DNA of 64,000 bases. Source: Bugula neritina (Eukaryota > Animalia > Bryozoa). The stretch lies in NCBI GenBank assembly GCA_964035545.1, contig OZ037766.1, positions 4,454,722 to 4,518,721 on the forward strand, given 5' to 3'. The position numbers and the translations under genes are program-made. Position 1 is the first letter of the stretch. Each line of letters starts with the position of its first letter. Below, piece after piece: positions 52,701 through 64,000 of the stretch. The notes under the pieces are model-generated. The model saw only the letters and a list, made by a program, of their open reading frames with translations, was not told where the DNA came from and did no database searches.

Positions 52701-55700
52701 AGATCAAATTTATAACATGGCACTAAGGAAATAGTGGTTGTAGGCAGTAGCTTCATGAACATGATAACAATTATTTCATAAGTTAGTATTGATTGCTCAT
52801 CACAATAATTGTGAAATTGTACCATTCACAAGTCACAAGTCTTCAGAGTTCACTTGCTGAGTAAAATACTGATAATGGAAAAATACTGATTATCCCTTTG
52901 AAGGAGCCACTTGTCAACAGGAACAGAAAAGACAGCATTAATTTTAGCTGCCAACCAAAAGTATACTGCACTATAGTTAGCTCATCAGTGCAGATATAAT
53001 GTAGGCCTACATAGTTGTATGCAGTCGGCTTTACCTACATTAAACACCAGAGTAGCAATAGTAGCCAATGAGGTCTGGTTATACACCTCGCACTGCCACA
53101 TCTCTTGCGAGTTACTCGATGGTAAGAAGATATAATTAAATTTTCCATTTGTGGAATCAGAAGTCGAGGCATCACCTGGTCGTCTCCACCTCACCTTCCC
53201 TTCTCTGCCGGCTCTAAAACATGTCAACAAGTGATGCCTGAGTGATTATTGATAATAGGTATGTCAATTAAGTGATCACCTCGGCCTGACTACAATCAGT
53301 TCTTAACATAGAAACTAGTCGCAATGGATCGTTAGCAATCAGTGTATCTTCTCATTAACACTTGCCGTACTGTACGCCGTAACAGCAAATATCAGCCATT
53401 TTTACAAATGTCTGAGCTTCCTGCACAGCATTGCGGTACATTAGGATCAAGCACTGCTCCATTCAAACAAGTTTTAGCAGGCTCCAATTGGACAGAAAAA
53501 CTTTTGCGTCAACTCCTTGGATAAATTGTTCAATGAAGTGGCATAGAACGTATCTAATAGCGGACTTTGAAAACTTCAGCCCGGGCACATTAAAAATGGC
53601 TGATAGTTTACACGGTACGGCAAGTGTGAATAAGGGGTATGGAAAAAGAAAATAGATCTGGACTGCGCATTCAAACACGGATGAAGGTGAAAAGTGTTAC
53701 CAACCAGGAAAGGTATTATTACTGTTGATGTTAAACAACTTAATATATAATTGTCAATTTCTCCACGGGGTATTAACATATTGCAATGCATAAGTATAAA
53801 ATTACAATAAGTCAAGATAAAAAATATCCACAGCTGTAGAAATATTTTACACTTTTAAGTTCTTCATTCTAGAACATGGAACCTTAGATGTTTATAAATA
53901 GCAAACAAAGTTAGTTACTTCAACACAGTTTCACATCAACAAAAGCACACAATGTATTTTGAAGCTTTGAAAAAAACCAGCTTCAGTGAGTTCATCCTCT
54001 GAGAATCTGTAAGTATTAGTCCTTCAGATAACAGTAGATATCAATTAATCTGGTATAGAGATACAGGTACACACTTACAGTCCTCCAAAGATGCATACAA
54101 GTTCACATGGCACACCCTCTTGACAAATGATTTCAGTGTTGACACCATGTACCATAAAGCCATGTTGATTCATTGTCAGATCAGACTCCTTCGGGTCTAA
54201 ATAGGCATTTCTAGGGATTTCCTGATTACTTGATCCAACAAGCAATGTGACCCTATTTGCAAGTTCTGCAGCATTGTCAATTGACAGCGTGCAACGGTAC
54301 TCATCCCTGCCTGTCCGCTTGTCCGAATCCAACAGATAGGCAAAAAACAACTCGCCTAAAAGTGAATATAAATTGTAATTTTACATAATCAATTTCAACA
54401 TGGAAGAACCAGAAAAATTTCTTAATGAAGTATTTTCAGCTGACAAGAAAATTGAAAGCATGTCAAGATGCTATTTGATGAATCAAAAGAAGAAACATTG
54501 TGAACACAATTACAAAGCTTTTCCTAAGTGGCAGCAATCCAAAAATCCCATGCCAAGGATAAACCATGGACAAATTACAGTATCTGCATTCTGCATACAC
54601 ACTATCAGAAAAAAAAAGACAGCATCTACTTTCTCACCAGTAATGGGGTTGACTTTGATTCGGTTTAAATTGTCTGCGCTGTCAAAGTTCAGATTTGTAT
54701 AAATGCCATTTGTTGATGTTTCCCATTGGTATTCAGGAATTTCTAGAGCAATTTCGCCTGTATACCGTGCAAGGTCTTCGGGCTCTGGAACTGCCCTGTC
54801 ATCTACGGTGTCTGGCAAAATGCATGGAATTGAGAATGGCTGATTTAGGTCAGGGTTTCCTACAGTGGGAATCGCCAGAACTGCACTTCCCAACTTTTTT
54901 GGATCTACAGCAAGAAGGCAAAGATATTACTTTCAAACGTATTGAATGAAAGTAGGCACATTTAACAAGCATTGAATTAATACTAAATCAGTTAATTCAG
55001 ACCTAACAAAGTAAATATAAACATCCTACAGTTTGTGAGCAGAAAGTGGATAAAGATTCAGCGAGTAAATAAATGAGAAAAGCTGACAAGTGAGAGCTTG
55101 TACAAAGATTATGTAGCATTCAGGGAAAAGAGCATATTACTTTTACAACAGGCCTAACAAAAGCGAGAAGACAGTACAACAAAAGTGCCAAAGTTAAATC
55201 ATCTTGTAAAAGTAAAGTTCTAAATGAAAAATGTGGTCATTTGCATATATTAATGTTGCCATAGCAGTTTAAATTTATGAAAAAAAAATCACAGTATTCT
55301 TGATTCAAATTTGGAACAGTATTAAGTTTTTCATTTATAAATTCAATAAAAATTTACCAAAAATTTCCAACCTATAAACCTGAGTTGCTAACTTTCACTA
55401 TTGTAGTAGTTTTGTGGGTTATAGAATGAAATCAGGCAGAGAACATAACTCCTTGCTATGGAAAAGACAAGAGAGAAAGGTGACTTCGTGTGTGTATAGT
55501 GATCTTTATTGTAGCAAAGATGTATACAGCTCAGACTCCAGTCTTGAAGTGCTAAGCTGGGGAAAAACGCGTGCTTTTATACTGGCAAAAGACAGGAATG
55601 TGGGCCTTCCAGAATATTCTACCGACAGGGCGCCGACATTCGTCATGTCGGTAACCGACACTGGACATGTCGGCAACCGACATTGGGTCTGCCTGCACCC

Positions 55701-57163
55701 ACCTGCCGACATCGGTACATCTGTTTACAAGAATAAAGAAAAGAATCAACCCAGAGTATTATAATAAGTTATTGTTTGTAAAATAAAGGAAAAGGCAAAA
55801 CCAAACAAGTGTGTTATAATAACTGAGACTATAACTGTAATACTAGCCACTGGGACGAGGCAAGGGGGATAACTTGATATTTACTACACTATTACTATTA
55901 CTGGTTACATGACTTATAAAGATAAAATTACAATTTCACGGATAAATCTTGGTTTAAAACTGAGCTTGTGGTTTCTTAATTTACTTTTTCAAAACAATTT
56001 CCTCATTCAGTAGGTCTAATGCAGTAATATGTGACATTATGGAGTATGTGGAAACACTCGTAAGGGAGAAATTTCTCAACATATACAGCATGTGCATTCC
56101 ACAATGCTGCTTCTGAAAACTTTCACTCAAATTGAAATTTTGACTCCAATAATTGTATGTCATACATCATAATTGGAAATTATCATTGTATAAAGTATAA
56201 ACAATGATACATCTTACATGGCAAGATGACTCTAAACGTTGCTGACAATGTTTCAAACTTTCCACCATTGTTAGAAGCCACACATCTGTAGTAGCCGTTC
56301 ATTAGTTTCAAGTCATCCAACTGTCGAGTATCTCCATCAGTGATAGTCAGTTCTTGCACAGTGGTTGATATCCGGATTGGAGCACCAACCCAGAGAGAGG
56401 GCAATGTATCACTAAACGAACCTGCACTGGTTTCAGCATATTGAAACTTTAGAGTCTCCACATTGCTGGCACGGCACGTCATTTTATTTACTATATCTAC
56501 ACCATCGGCTACCTGGGCCACCTGTACATAGTCAGCTGGATCTTTCAGCTCTTTTTCAACAAAAAAAAAGTGAGTGCCAAGATAGTCAATACTGGGAGGT
56601 CTGTCTTCTATCTGTCCTCTAGCTGTAACAAATTGAAGACTCTTGACTATAGAAATTAGGCACTAGCACATTGAACAGCGTACAGTGGTCAAAATGAGTT
56701 AACAAATTCCTAACTTATTGGATTTAATGCAGAGGTGGTATACCTTGAATTATGAGATTAATTTGAAAATTTCATGTAAGGTTACACTGTATAAACAAAA
56801 AATAAATTCCCAATTCTGGTGGTACTTTGAAGATGTCACAGATATATTCAGTAATTATGCAATAACCAATAAATTTGGATGAAATAAGAAAATATGTTTT
56901 GTAACTACATTTCATTTGGTAAATAGGAAATCAAATATCAATAGCAGGTTAAATGACAGATACTTATCTAAATATGAATCTTATAAGAATTTGTGAAAAC
57001 CAAACCTTTGCATGCGTTTTTCACAAAGCAATCAGCATAGTATTTGCTTTTGCACAATTTTATTAAAAAAAGCAATAACCTTAGCAATAGTTTTATATTA
57101 CCTAAACTTACCCCCACTAATAAGTGTTAGCACAAAGAGACAGGTCTTTAAACTCGCCACCAT
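49747..57163 (-). CDS. IgSF receptor copy E (5 Ig; GPI-like isoform intact, TM-2 frameshifted)
   Basis: Exons 57163-57112, 56646-56218, 54904-54638, 54355-54079, 53213-53039, 52389-52233, 52126-51980, 51660-51464, 51118-50935, TM-1 50668-50583 (stop; 656 aa). TM-2 50491-50350 is 142 nt and out of frame; putative tail exon 49832-49747. Confidence 0.82.
53347..53637. mobile_element. MITE family 2, same site in copy E
   Basis: Same sequence and position as in B and D. Confidence 0.75.
55402..55888. mobile_element. Solo LTR (487 bp) in intron 2 of copy E
   Basis: TGTAGTA...TACTACA termini, TSD CTAT. Empty site in D (cactattactaatac). Confidence 0.82.
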
Positions 57164-57310
57164 TTTCTTCTTATAAAACTATACAATAACCAGTCTGAAA
57201 ACAGAACATGTTTTAGGAATTTCAGCACTTAACAGTTTTTCTACAAGGTCTGAGCTTAAAAGAATAGATTTACAAAAACCAAAGGTACTAAGTTACTTGG
57301 AATAGAATAT

Positions 57311-57668
57311 TGCGGTGGCTCGATGGACTACTATCATAGTTGTAAAGGGGAAAACATTAATTCCCTTCTAACTGTAATACGGGGTCATTGCGTGTGTAGA
57401 AAGATGACCCGAGATGACAAACCCTCCAATAGGAATCGTCAGTTATTATTAGAACTGTTGTTAGTAGACAGGCAAACTAGAAACACTGTACTGAGTTGTT
57501 TTAGACTCAATTTAGAGTATCTGAATAGATGTAGAGTTTTATTTGTGTACTTGTTTGTATAAATATATTTCTTATTATCTGAAACTACAATTGTGAGATC
57601 AATCTGGATTACATGCCATGCAATAACTTGATTACACACTGAAACCCACAAGAGTAAAAACTATAACA
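57311..57668 (+). mobile_element. Solo LTR (358 bp) upstream of the copy E start codon; related to the Gypsy LTR
   Basis: TGCGGTGGCTCG...CTATAACA versus TGTGGTGGTTCG...TTATAACA of the full element; TSD ATAT; empty site in A, B and D. Confidence 0.8.
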
Positions 57669-58244
57669 ATATTTCATTAACTTATATCACCTAAATTTAC
57701 CCCAACTTGATGTAGCCTAAATGTGCACCATTAGGATTAGCAGCCCATTCTGCCATACTAAGAGATGTACGAATTCATACTAGTACTATTATTTAGCAAA
57801 ACTCTAAGTTGATGCCACCTAATAAACGTCTTAATTGCCTACTAAGTCGTCTTATTTTTTTTCATTTTCAATTGTTTTACGTATATAAAATCTAACTTTC
57901 AGTGCTTTAAGGAAGTTAACTTGGTGAGAAATGAACACAGACCGCAGATAAGTGAGTAGTGGCTTAGTCTGCTAGTAGCAAACTAGAGGTAGAGTGGATA
58001 TGGACTCTATAACAAGAATATTTTGTGAATTGGGTGTTGGATGTTGAATAAACAAATAGAATAGTAGGTACTACCAGAAGGTAGGCTACAATTTGCCAAC
58101 TTTCTCCAGACTACTAAAGTGTGAGAATTATATAAGTGAAAGTCCTGTTGGGTGTTGAAGACAGGCTTTTAAATGGATATAAGAGCCAATGCTTATTCAA
58201 CAGCTATCAGATTTGACCTTTGAGTGTTTAACACACTATATAAT

Positions 58245-59019
58245 CACCGGCTTTCCATGTACCGATCTCAGATCGATCTCGGCGAGATCGATCCATGGAA
58301 AGACGCCAAAGATCGATCTCCATCGTTCTGAGCTGGTCGGTCTGTGGAGCTCGAACTCAGATCGATCTCATGTCAATAAGACCATGGAAAGACGCCAGAT
58401 CGATCTGAGAAGTAGAAAAAGACTGCTCGCTACAATGTTGTCTGCTAATAAAAATGATTACTTGTTGATAATTACTAAGCAAAGTATTAAATAATTATGA
58501 TAGCCATCTTTTCAGATGCCAAAACTTTGACTTTCAGCACAATGATTAAGAAAACTTAATTATATGCAGTAGAAGGCAAAAAAAAGGAGAATTTAAATTA
58601 AATTTAAATGACTATTAAAACTTAGTTTCATTGGCTATTTTCTTTGTAATTTTAAGCCTAACAGTCCTGTAAGTTTATTAATAATCTGCAAGACAGCCAT
58701 TAATTTTATATAAGCTGTCTAGCTAAAAAATTAAAATTAATTATTTTAAATTGGCCAAATTACCGCACCCTGAAAGCTTTGCTGCGTATAGTTTATAGCT
58801 GGGATTAAACTTTAGACTATGACCATCTTGTTTTCAACAGCAGTAGCTTTAATCACTCAAATAGGTAAACAAATTATACTTTTCAAGTATCCTTCACTTG
58901 AGAGGAGGCAACTTCGCGAGATCGATCTGACACTCTCATGGAAAAACGATCGATCTGAGTACATTTCTCATATCGATCTCGGCGAGATCGATCTGAGATC
59001 GGTACATGGAAAGCCCGTG
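58245..59019. mobile_element. MITE family 1, copy 2 (775 bp)
   Basis: Same TIRs as copy 1. TSD AAT is confirmed by the empty paralogous site cactatataatatggg at ~8651-8666. Confidence 0.94.
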
Positions 59020-59416
59020 AATATGGGTGAGTAAACAATAAGGTTTTTGTTCGCATGATTCATGTGTGTTCATGTAACTGCCCTCCTAGGTTGATATGAA
59101 GGTTTCATATGGGTGTATGTTTTAGTTTAGTTTATTTATTCACACCGTGAGTCTACAACTTTTTTTTACAAGAAAAAAGATTAAAATATGATAGAATAAG
59201 AGCAAATTAAACATAGAAAAGTACATACAATAATTTGATAAATTGCTTGTTTTATAATTTTTTTAAATATTCAACATAATGCTTATAGTATAGATTAGCA
59301 AAGTTATAATATATAAAAGCATACTTCTTTCACCCTTTTTTAAGAGAGAGTTAGTAGTATAAGGAAAGAGATATTTTATACAATGCGTTTTGTGAAAGTA
59401 GCTGATATGATTTTAA

Positions 59417-59470
59417 GTGTGTGTGTGTGCGCGTGTGTGCGCCTGTGTGCGTGTGTGTGTGTGTGTGTGT
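59417..59470. repeat. Imperfect (TG)n microsatellite
   Basis: Directly visible. Confidence 0.9.
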
Positions 59471-61133
59471 ATAATATACATGCCAATTATTTACTAAAAG
59501 TTTTAAAAATAGCATAAATAAAGTAGTATTACTATGCCTATTTGCATCCAGTTCACTAGTCTTACATTTATGGCAATTGTAATGTATTTTGTGTAAAATT
59601 ATTCTATTCATATTCACATTGTAATCACAACGAAATTTAAACTTTATAGCTTTGTATTTATGTGCATAAATGAGTTTTAAAATTGTTTTTAATTTTACAT
59701 GCATAAAAAATGTGTTTACAAACTATATCAATAAACAAAATTAAAATTATGTACACATAAAATAAAAAAAATAATAAAATAGCAAAAGTGGCAAAATTTT
59801 CACTCTATGACTTATATAAACTCGCGGCACAGATCGCGGCATAACAATTTCGCATGCCTTAAAGTCGCCACTCTAAATATCTACCATCTTTGAGTTGGTG
59901 GTGAATGATTGCAGTAGTGAAGTCTCGAATTTAAATTTGAGAAAATAACTCCAAACATCAACTCTCTCTTCTGATCTATTGCACTCATTCACTATCAACT
60001 CGGAGCTGCTTTTAGAACTATTCTTGTTAAGCATCCAACTCTAATTCTATTTTGTATTATAGCAAACAGCACTGAACTATTTCAGTCCATTAGCAAACTT
60101 TATTATTTACGAGACCTCATCGAGCACTAACAAAATGCCATATGGCGTGGACACATACTGTATCTTAAAATGCCGAGATTGGAGGGAGTTATCTATACAA
60201 TATAAAATGGTCTACGAAACTTTCGTACACTCTCCATTTGATGAAACTAAGATCTCGCTAGAACCAGCACTAGGTTAGGAAGTAATTTAATGTAACATTT
60301 GTTTAGACATTATTGTTCAAACTCCAACTCTTAAACTAGCGCACTAAGTGACCGCTGAGCCGGTGCTGCCTCAAGTGATACCGGCATTTCACTACTTTGG
60401 TACTGAAACTACCAACTTCTGACAACTGCTTACGTGGTTTCGATTTAGGAAAAGAAAATTTTGCGATCACCATCTGTAACACTAGGGTTGGTAATTACAG
60501 TATTAATTGTACTACTAGTACTAGTACTTATATTGACCCACCAGTATCACTATGTAATAAAAGTATAAATTTTTTAGGTAATCTTATCATTTTTAATTGC
60601 AGGGGCAGATTCAGATTGACTTTGGGATCGACTATTGTTACAAATTTGTTCATGCTCATGACTAATAGTAATAGTAATACTAATAGTAATAGTAATGTTG
60701 ATGTTGTCTTAAACTAAAACTTAGTTAATCTTATTTTCATTTACCTATAATTTTATGTTTAGTAATAATTAATAATGATTATAATTATTAGTATCATAAT
60801 TTCAAATTGAAATTGAATAGTCAATAGTTGTATTATAATTGTATTTATTATAAATATTAATATTACTATTAGTATTAGTATTACTATTAGTATTAGTATC
60901 ACTATTACTATAGACAGCTAATACTATAATATAAGTATTGGTATTTTTAGTAACTATAGTCTAAAGTACAATTCCTAGTACTAGTACCTGTCGATAGCTG
61001 TCAATACTTGTCGATGTTATATCCACACTGGACCTCCCTAGAGGGAAGAAGGGGTGTGCCGCATATAAAAAACTAAGTTGTCAGTAGTCTAAAAAGTGTT
61101 GACATTCTTATGCAGATTAACTTAACAGGCTAA

Positions 61134-61675
61134 CTAGCCTGTCTGTGTGTGATCAGTGCTAATCCTCATATCTCTTATCGTTCTTGGGAGAATACTATAA
61201 AGATATCCATTCCTGTTCGCTCTCATTGATCTGGGAAATCCTGAAACCTGAGACCGAGTCTGTACAGTGCTTGTGGTCCGCTGATCCAGAAAATCATCAT
61301 AGGCAGCACTCAGAGTTGAATGTTGTTCTTCCTTAGACAATATTTTTAGGAAAAGGCTGATGCGTCGGTTTTTCCTCCTTAGATCAAGCGGCTCCAAACA
61401 CAGCTTTTTCATCTCCTCCCCAATATCAGTTCTTCCTTTGCTGTTAGAGATAAAACGCACAGCATTTGTTTGTGCATTCTCCATTATACTTATATGGTTT
61501 TTGCATGATGGGTCCCAGGCTGCACTGGCATATTCCAAGTGTGGGAGACAGAGGGCTTTGTAGGCAATAAGCTTTGTTCTCTTGGGGGCCCAGTAGAGTG
61601 CAAATTTTATCATACCTAATTGCCGTTTTGCAACAAGAACCTTCTTTAGGATGTGTTGGTCAAATTTACAGTCTA
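61134..61675 (-). mobile_element. 5'-truncated non-LTR retrotransposon (CR1/L2-group) ORF2 C-terminal fragment
   Basis: HI..V..AKRQLGMI..KLIAYKALCLPHLEYASAAWDP..Q..AVRFI..L.LEPL..RR is the typical post-RT region. Confidence 0.8.
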
Positions 61676-61715
61676 GTAGCAGTATAAGTATTACATTTAC
61701 TGTATGAGTCAGCTT

Positions 61716-62234
61716 CAGGGTCAGGGCCAATTACATAATATTAGCTAATGCAATTGACTTTTACAATTAGTATTACTTTATAATTACATAAAAATTACCT
61801 TTAACTTTTAAATTTCATAAAATCCATTTTTTTCCTACAATATCTACTGTTTAATAATAAGCTTAGCTTAATTAAATTTAGTATTTTATCACCCTATTAA
61901 ACAGTATCACTGTTGAGAACAGAGAAGGTTCTCTACTGCCAAAATTGCCAGGGTAGTTGGATTATATAACTTCTATCATAAGTACATGTCTCTTGTGAGA
62001 ACAAAAGTAATAGTAATTGCAATTAATTACATTACCATGTAATTGTAATCAATTACACTAATTTCATTAATTATAATTGTAATTGAAAAATTTTCATGTA
62101 ATAGTAATTAATTACATTCATATTCAGTAGTTGGTTACAATTACATTTTTATACATCAATTGCCCATTACATTCAATTACTTTAAAAAATGCAACAATTA
62201 CAACCAATTACAAATTACAGATACCTCGTCCCTG
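61716..62234. repeat. CAATTAC/GTAATTG-rich element with CAGGG...CCCTG ends (possible hAT-type MITE)
   Basis: Repeated inverted heptamers and short terminal inversions; no clean TSD found. Confidence 0.3.
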
Positions 62235-63806
62235 ATGAGTAATATTAATAGTAATAATAAATAGTTATATTGATATTACAAATAGAATAATTAATTATAT
62301 TTAATAGATTTATAACTTGAAGTTAAATATAGTCTTATAAGTTTAAGTTGTAAATTTTATAACAGCTGTGCTAGCCTTGCTATGAAATTTTACATTTGAT
62401 GAAATTGAATTATCAATGTTAAAATTGCTTTTATAATAGAGTTAAAAGCAACCGTTATGGTTCATTCATCAATATATAATTGTTATATAAAATAAATAAT
62501 GTCTTGACTATTTTTTCTAACAATAATAGTCTCCTACTGCCACTGCCACCACTGTCACTACTACTTCATGCAATAATAATACTAAAGGAGAATGCAAAAT
62601 TGTGATTGTGTTGCAGAAATATAAACTTTAAAGGTTAGGTGTTAGTCATAAAATATTGTGATTTTCAATTACTTCTACGATTTTATGCAGTTGAAATAAT
62701 TCAAGTAATTCAGTTGTTTCTGTTGTGGCAGCTCATATCTTTAAATGAAACGAAGCAATGATTTTTATTCTTGTGTGAAATAAAGATAAAAAGTAGTTAG
62801 TAAATTATGTAAAAAAACTTTTTTATCTGTAATCTAAATAAGATGTTAAAACCATACTTCCATGCAAAACATTTGTCTTTTGGTTTCATTAGATCTTGGG
62901 TACCAACAACAGTTCAGCAATCATAATTTGTGATTCGTGATTTTTTTGCTCTTTTGAGCTATAAAAGAAATAATAGAAAATAGCTGGGGGAATGCATTAG
63001 ATATTAAAAGTTTAGCAAGATTATGTAATTAGGCAAAAGGTGTTAGACTTATAATAAAATCGTAACAAGCAAGCTAACATAACGTTTCAATAGTGATCAT
63101 CATTGTAATCTTTAATTTGCAATTTCCAAAAAAATACTTATATAAATAATGATTGCATTTGATTATTGCCACTCAAATCCTTTTGTCAACCCCAATTGAT
63201 TTTGTTAATAGTGCAATATTGTGTTGTGCTTAATATTAGTTTGATGAGATGGTCCAACTACGTTTTGAATTTAATTTAATACAATTGCGTAAGTCATCAT
63301 CAACGTGTTACTGCCATAAATTATAACTGAAAGGAGCTAGTAAAATTGCCTGATAGTTAGTACTACTTTAATTATTGATATTTATAGCCTGTTGATAGTT
63401 ACAGGATTCCCATAGTATGTACTAAATTGAACATACAATGCTGACATTTTTTGCTAAAAAGACTTTTCGTTGACTTTTGTACTAAGCAAACTACGCATTA
63501 AATGCTCAAAGTATATAAAACATAATTTACAGATAATTTCATACTCTCTATTTAGACATATTATTGTTGTATAAAATTTCCAATCTATGTATGTTTGCTC
63601 TGTCTGATCTGTACCTGGTAACCACAGTTTCATGTTTTATTAAAATGTATTTTCTCTTTAATAGTTTAATATAGCAAAACTTATATAAGAACAAAAATGG
63701 TAGAGGATTTCAAGAAACAATATAGCAAATCTCATTTTGTATTTTTTCCTAGTGGGCGTATGGTCTGACAGAATTTCAGTGGATAGATGAGCTGTCTGGT
63801 GCAAAC

Positions 63807-64000
63807 ATGGGAAATAACTGCTCTTCTCTGGAAAATATTGCAAAGAATGAGTATTTGTGTAGACTTTGCGGAAATGAATCAATCAATGAAAATGATCCAT
63901 TCTGGAACTCTCTACTCGCATTCTCATTGGTTGACTTAGATCTGGTTGCCGTTAGCTCTAGTAATTCTAAGCTCCTCGAAGACACTGTGATGCCTCTTTG
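63807..64000 (+). CDS. DYM: Dymeclin, first coding exon (runs off the window; not in the ORF track)
   Basis: MGNNCSSLENIAKNEYLCRLCGNESINENDPFWNSLLAFS...SKLLED matches the Dymeclin N-terminus as I recall it (MGSNSS..KNEYL..L.G.ESISENDPFWNQLLSFS..KLLEE). MGxxxS myristoylation motif; acceptor ttttttcctag ending 63752. Confidence 0.9.
   Translation, partial: MGNNCSSLENIAKNEYLCRLCGNESINENDPFWNSLLAFSLVDLDLVAVSSSNSKLLEDTVMPL

Noticed and set aside
62232-62260. CTGATGA as a third hammerhead core (also CTGAAGA at ~11178)
   Set aside because: No stem II/GAAA/stem III arrangement follows.

Overview
AT-rich metazoan genomic DNA with spliceosomal introns. Most of the window is a minus-strand tandem array of multi-exon immunoglobulin-superfamily cell-surface genes. 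I reconstructed these exon by exon from GT-AG sites and phases: signal peptide, five Ig-like domains over 8 exons (L1/neuroglian/hemolin-like motifs, no FN3), two duplicated membrane-anchor exons 50 nt apart, and a short tail exon. There are five ectodomain cassettes (A ~0.8-7.9 kb, B ~15.6-24.2, C ~26.6-32.9, D ~33.3-47.3, E ~49.7-57.2) but only four signal-peptide exons and four anchor modules. D and C are joined in frame into one predicted 10-Ig gene. In A both anchor exons encode full TM segments. In B, D+C and E the first anchor exon ends in a stop and resembles a GPI signal, and the second is frameshifted in D+C and E. The paralogs are mosaics with hypervariable patches. Mobile DNA includes a very young full-length Ty3/Gypsy element with an extra zinc-finger ORF, three solo LTRs, two MITE families, a LINE 3' fragment, and two hammerhead-ribozyme motifs embedded in (TA)n tracts. 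The first coding exon of Dymeclin starts at 63807 on the + strand. All calls were made by eye; no searches were run and the species is not identified.
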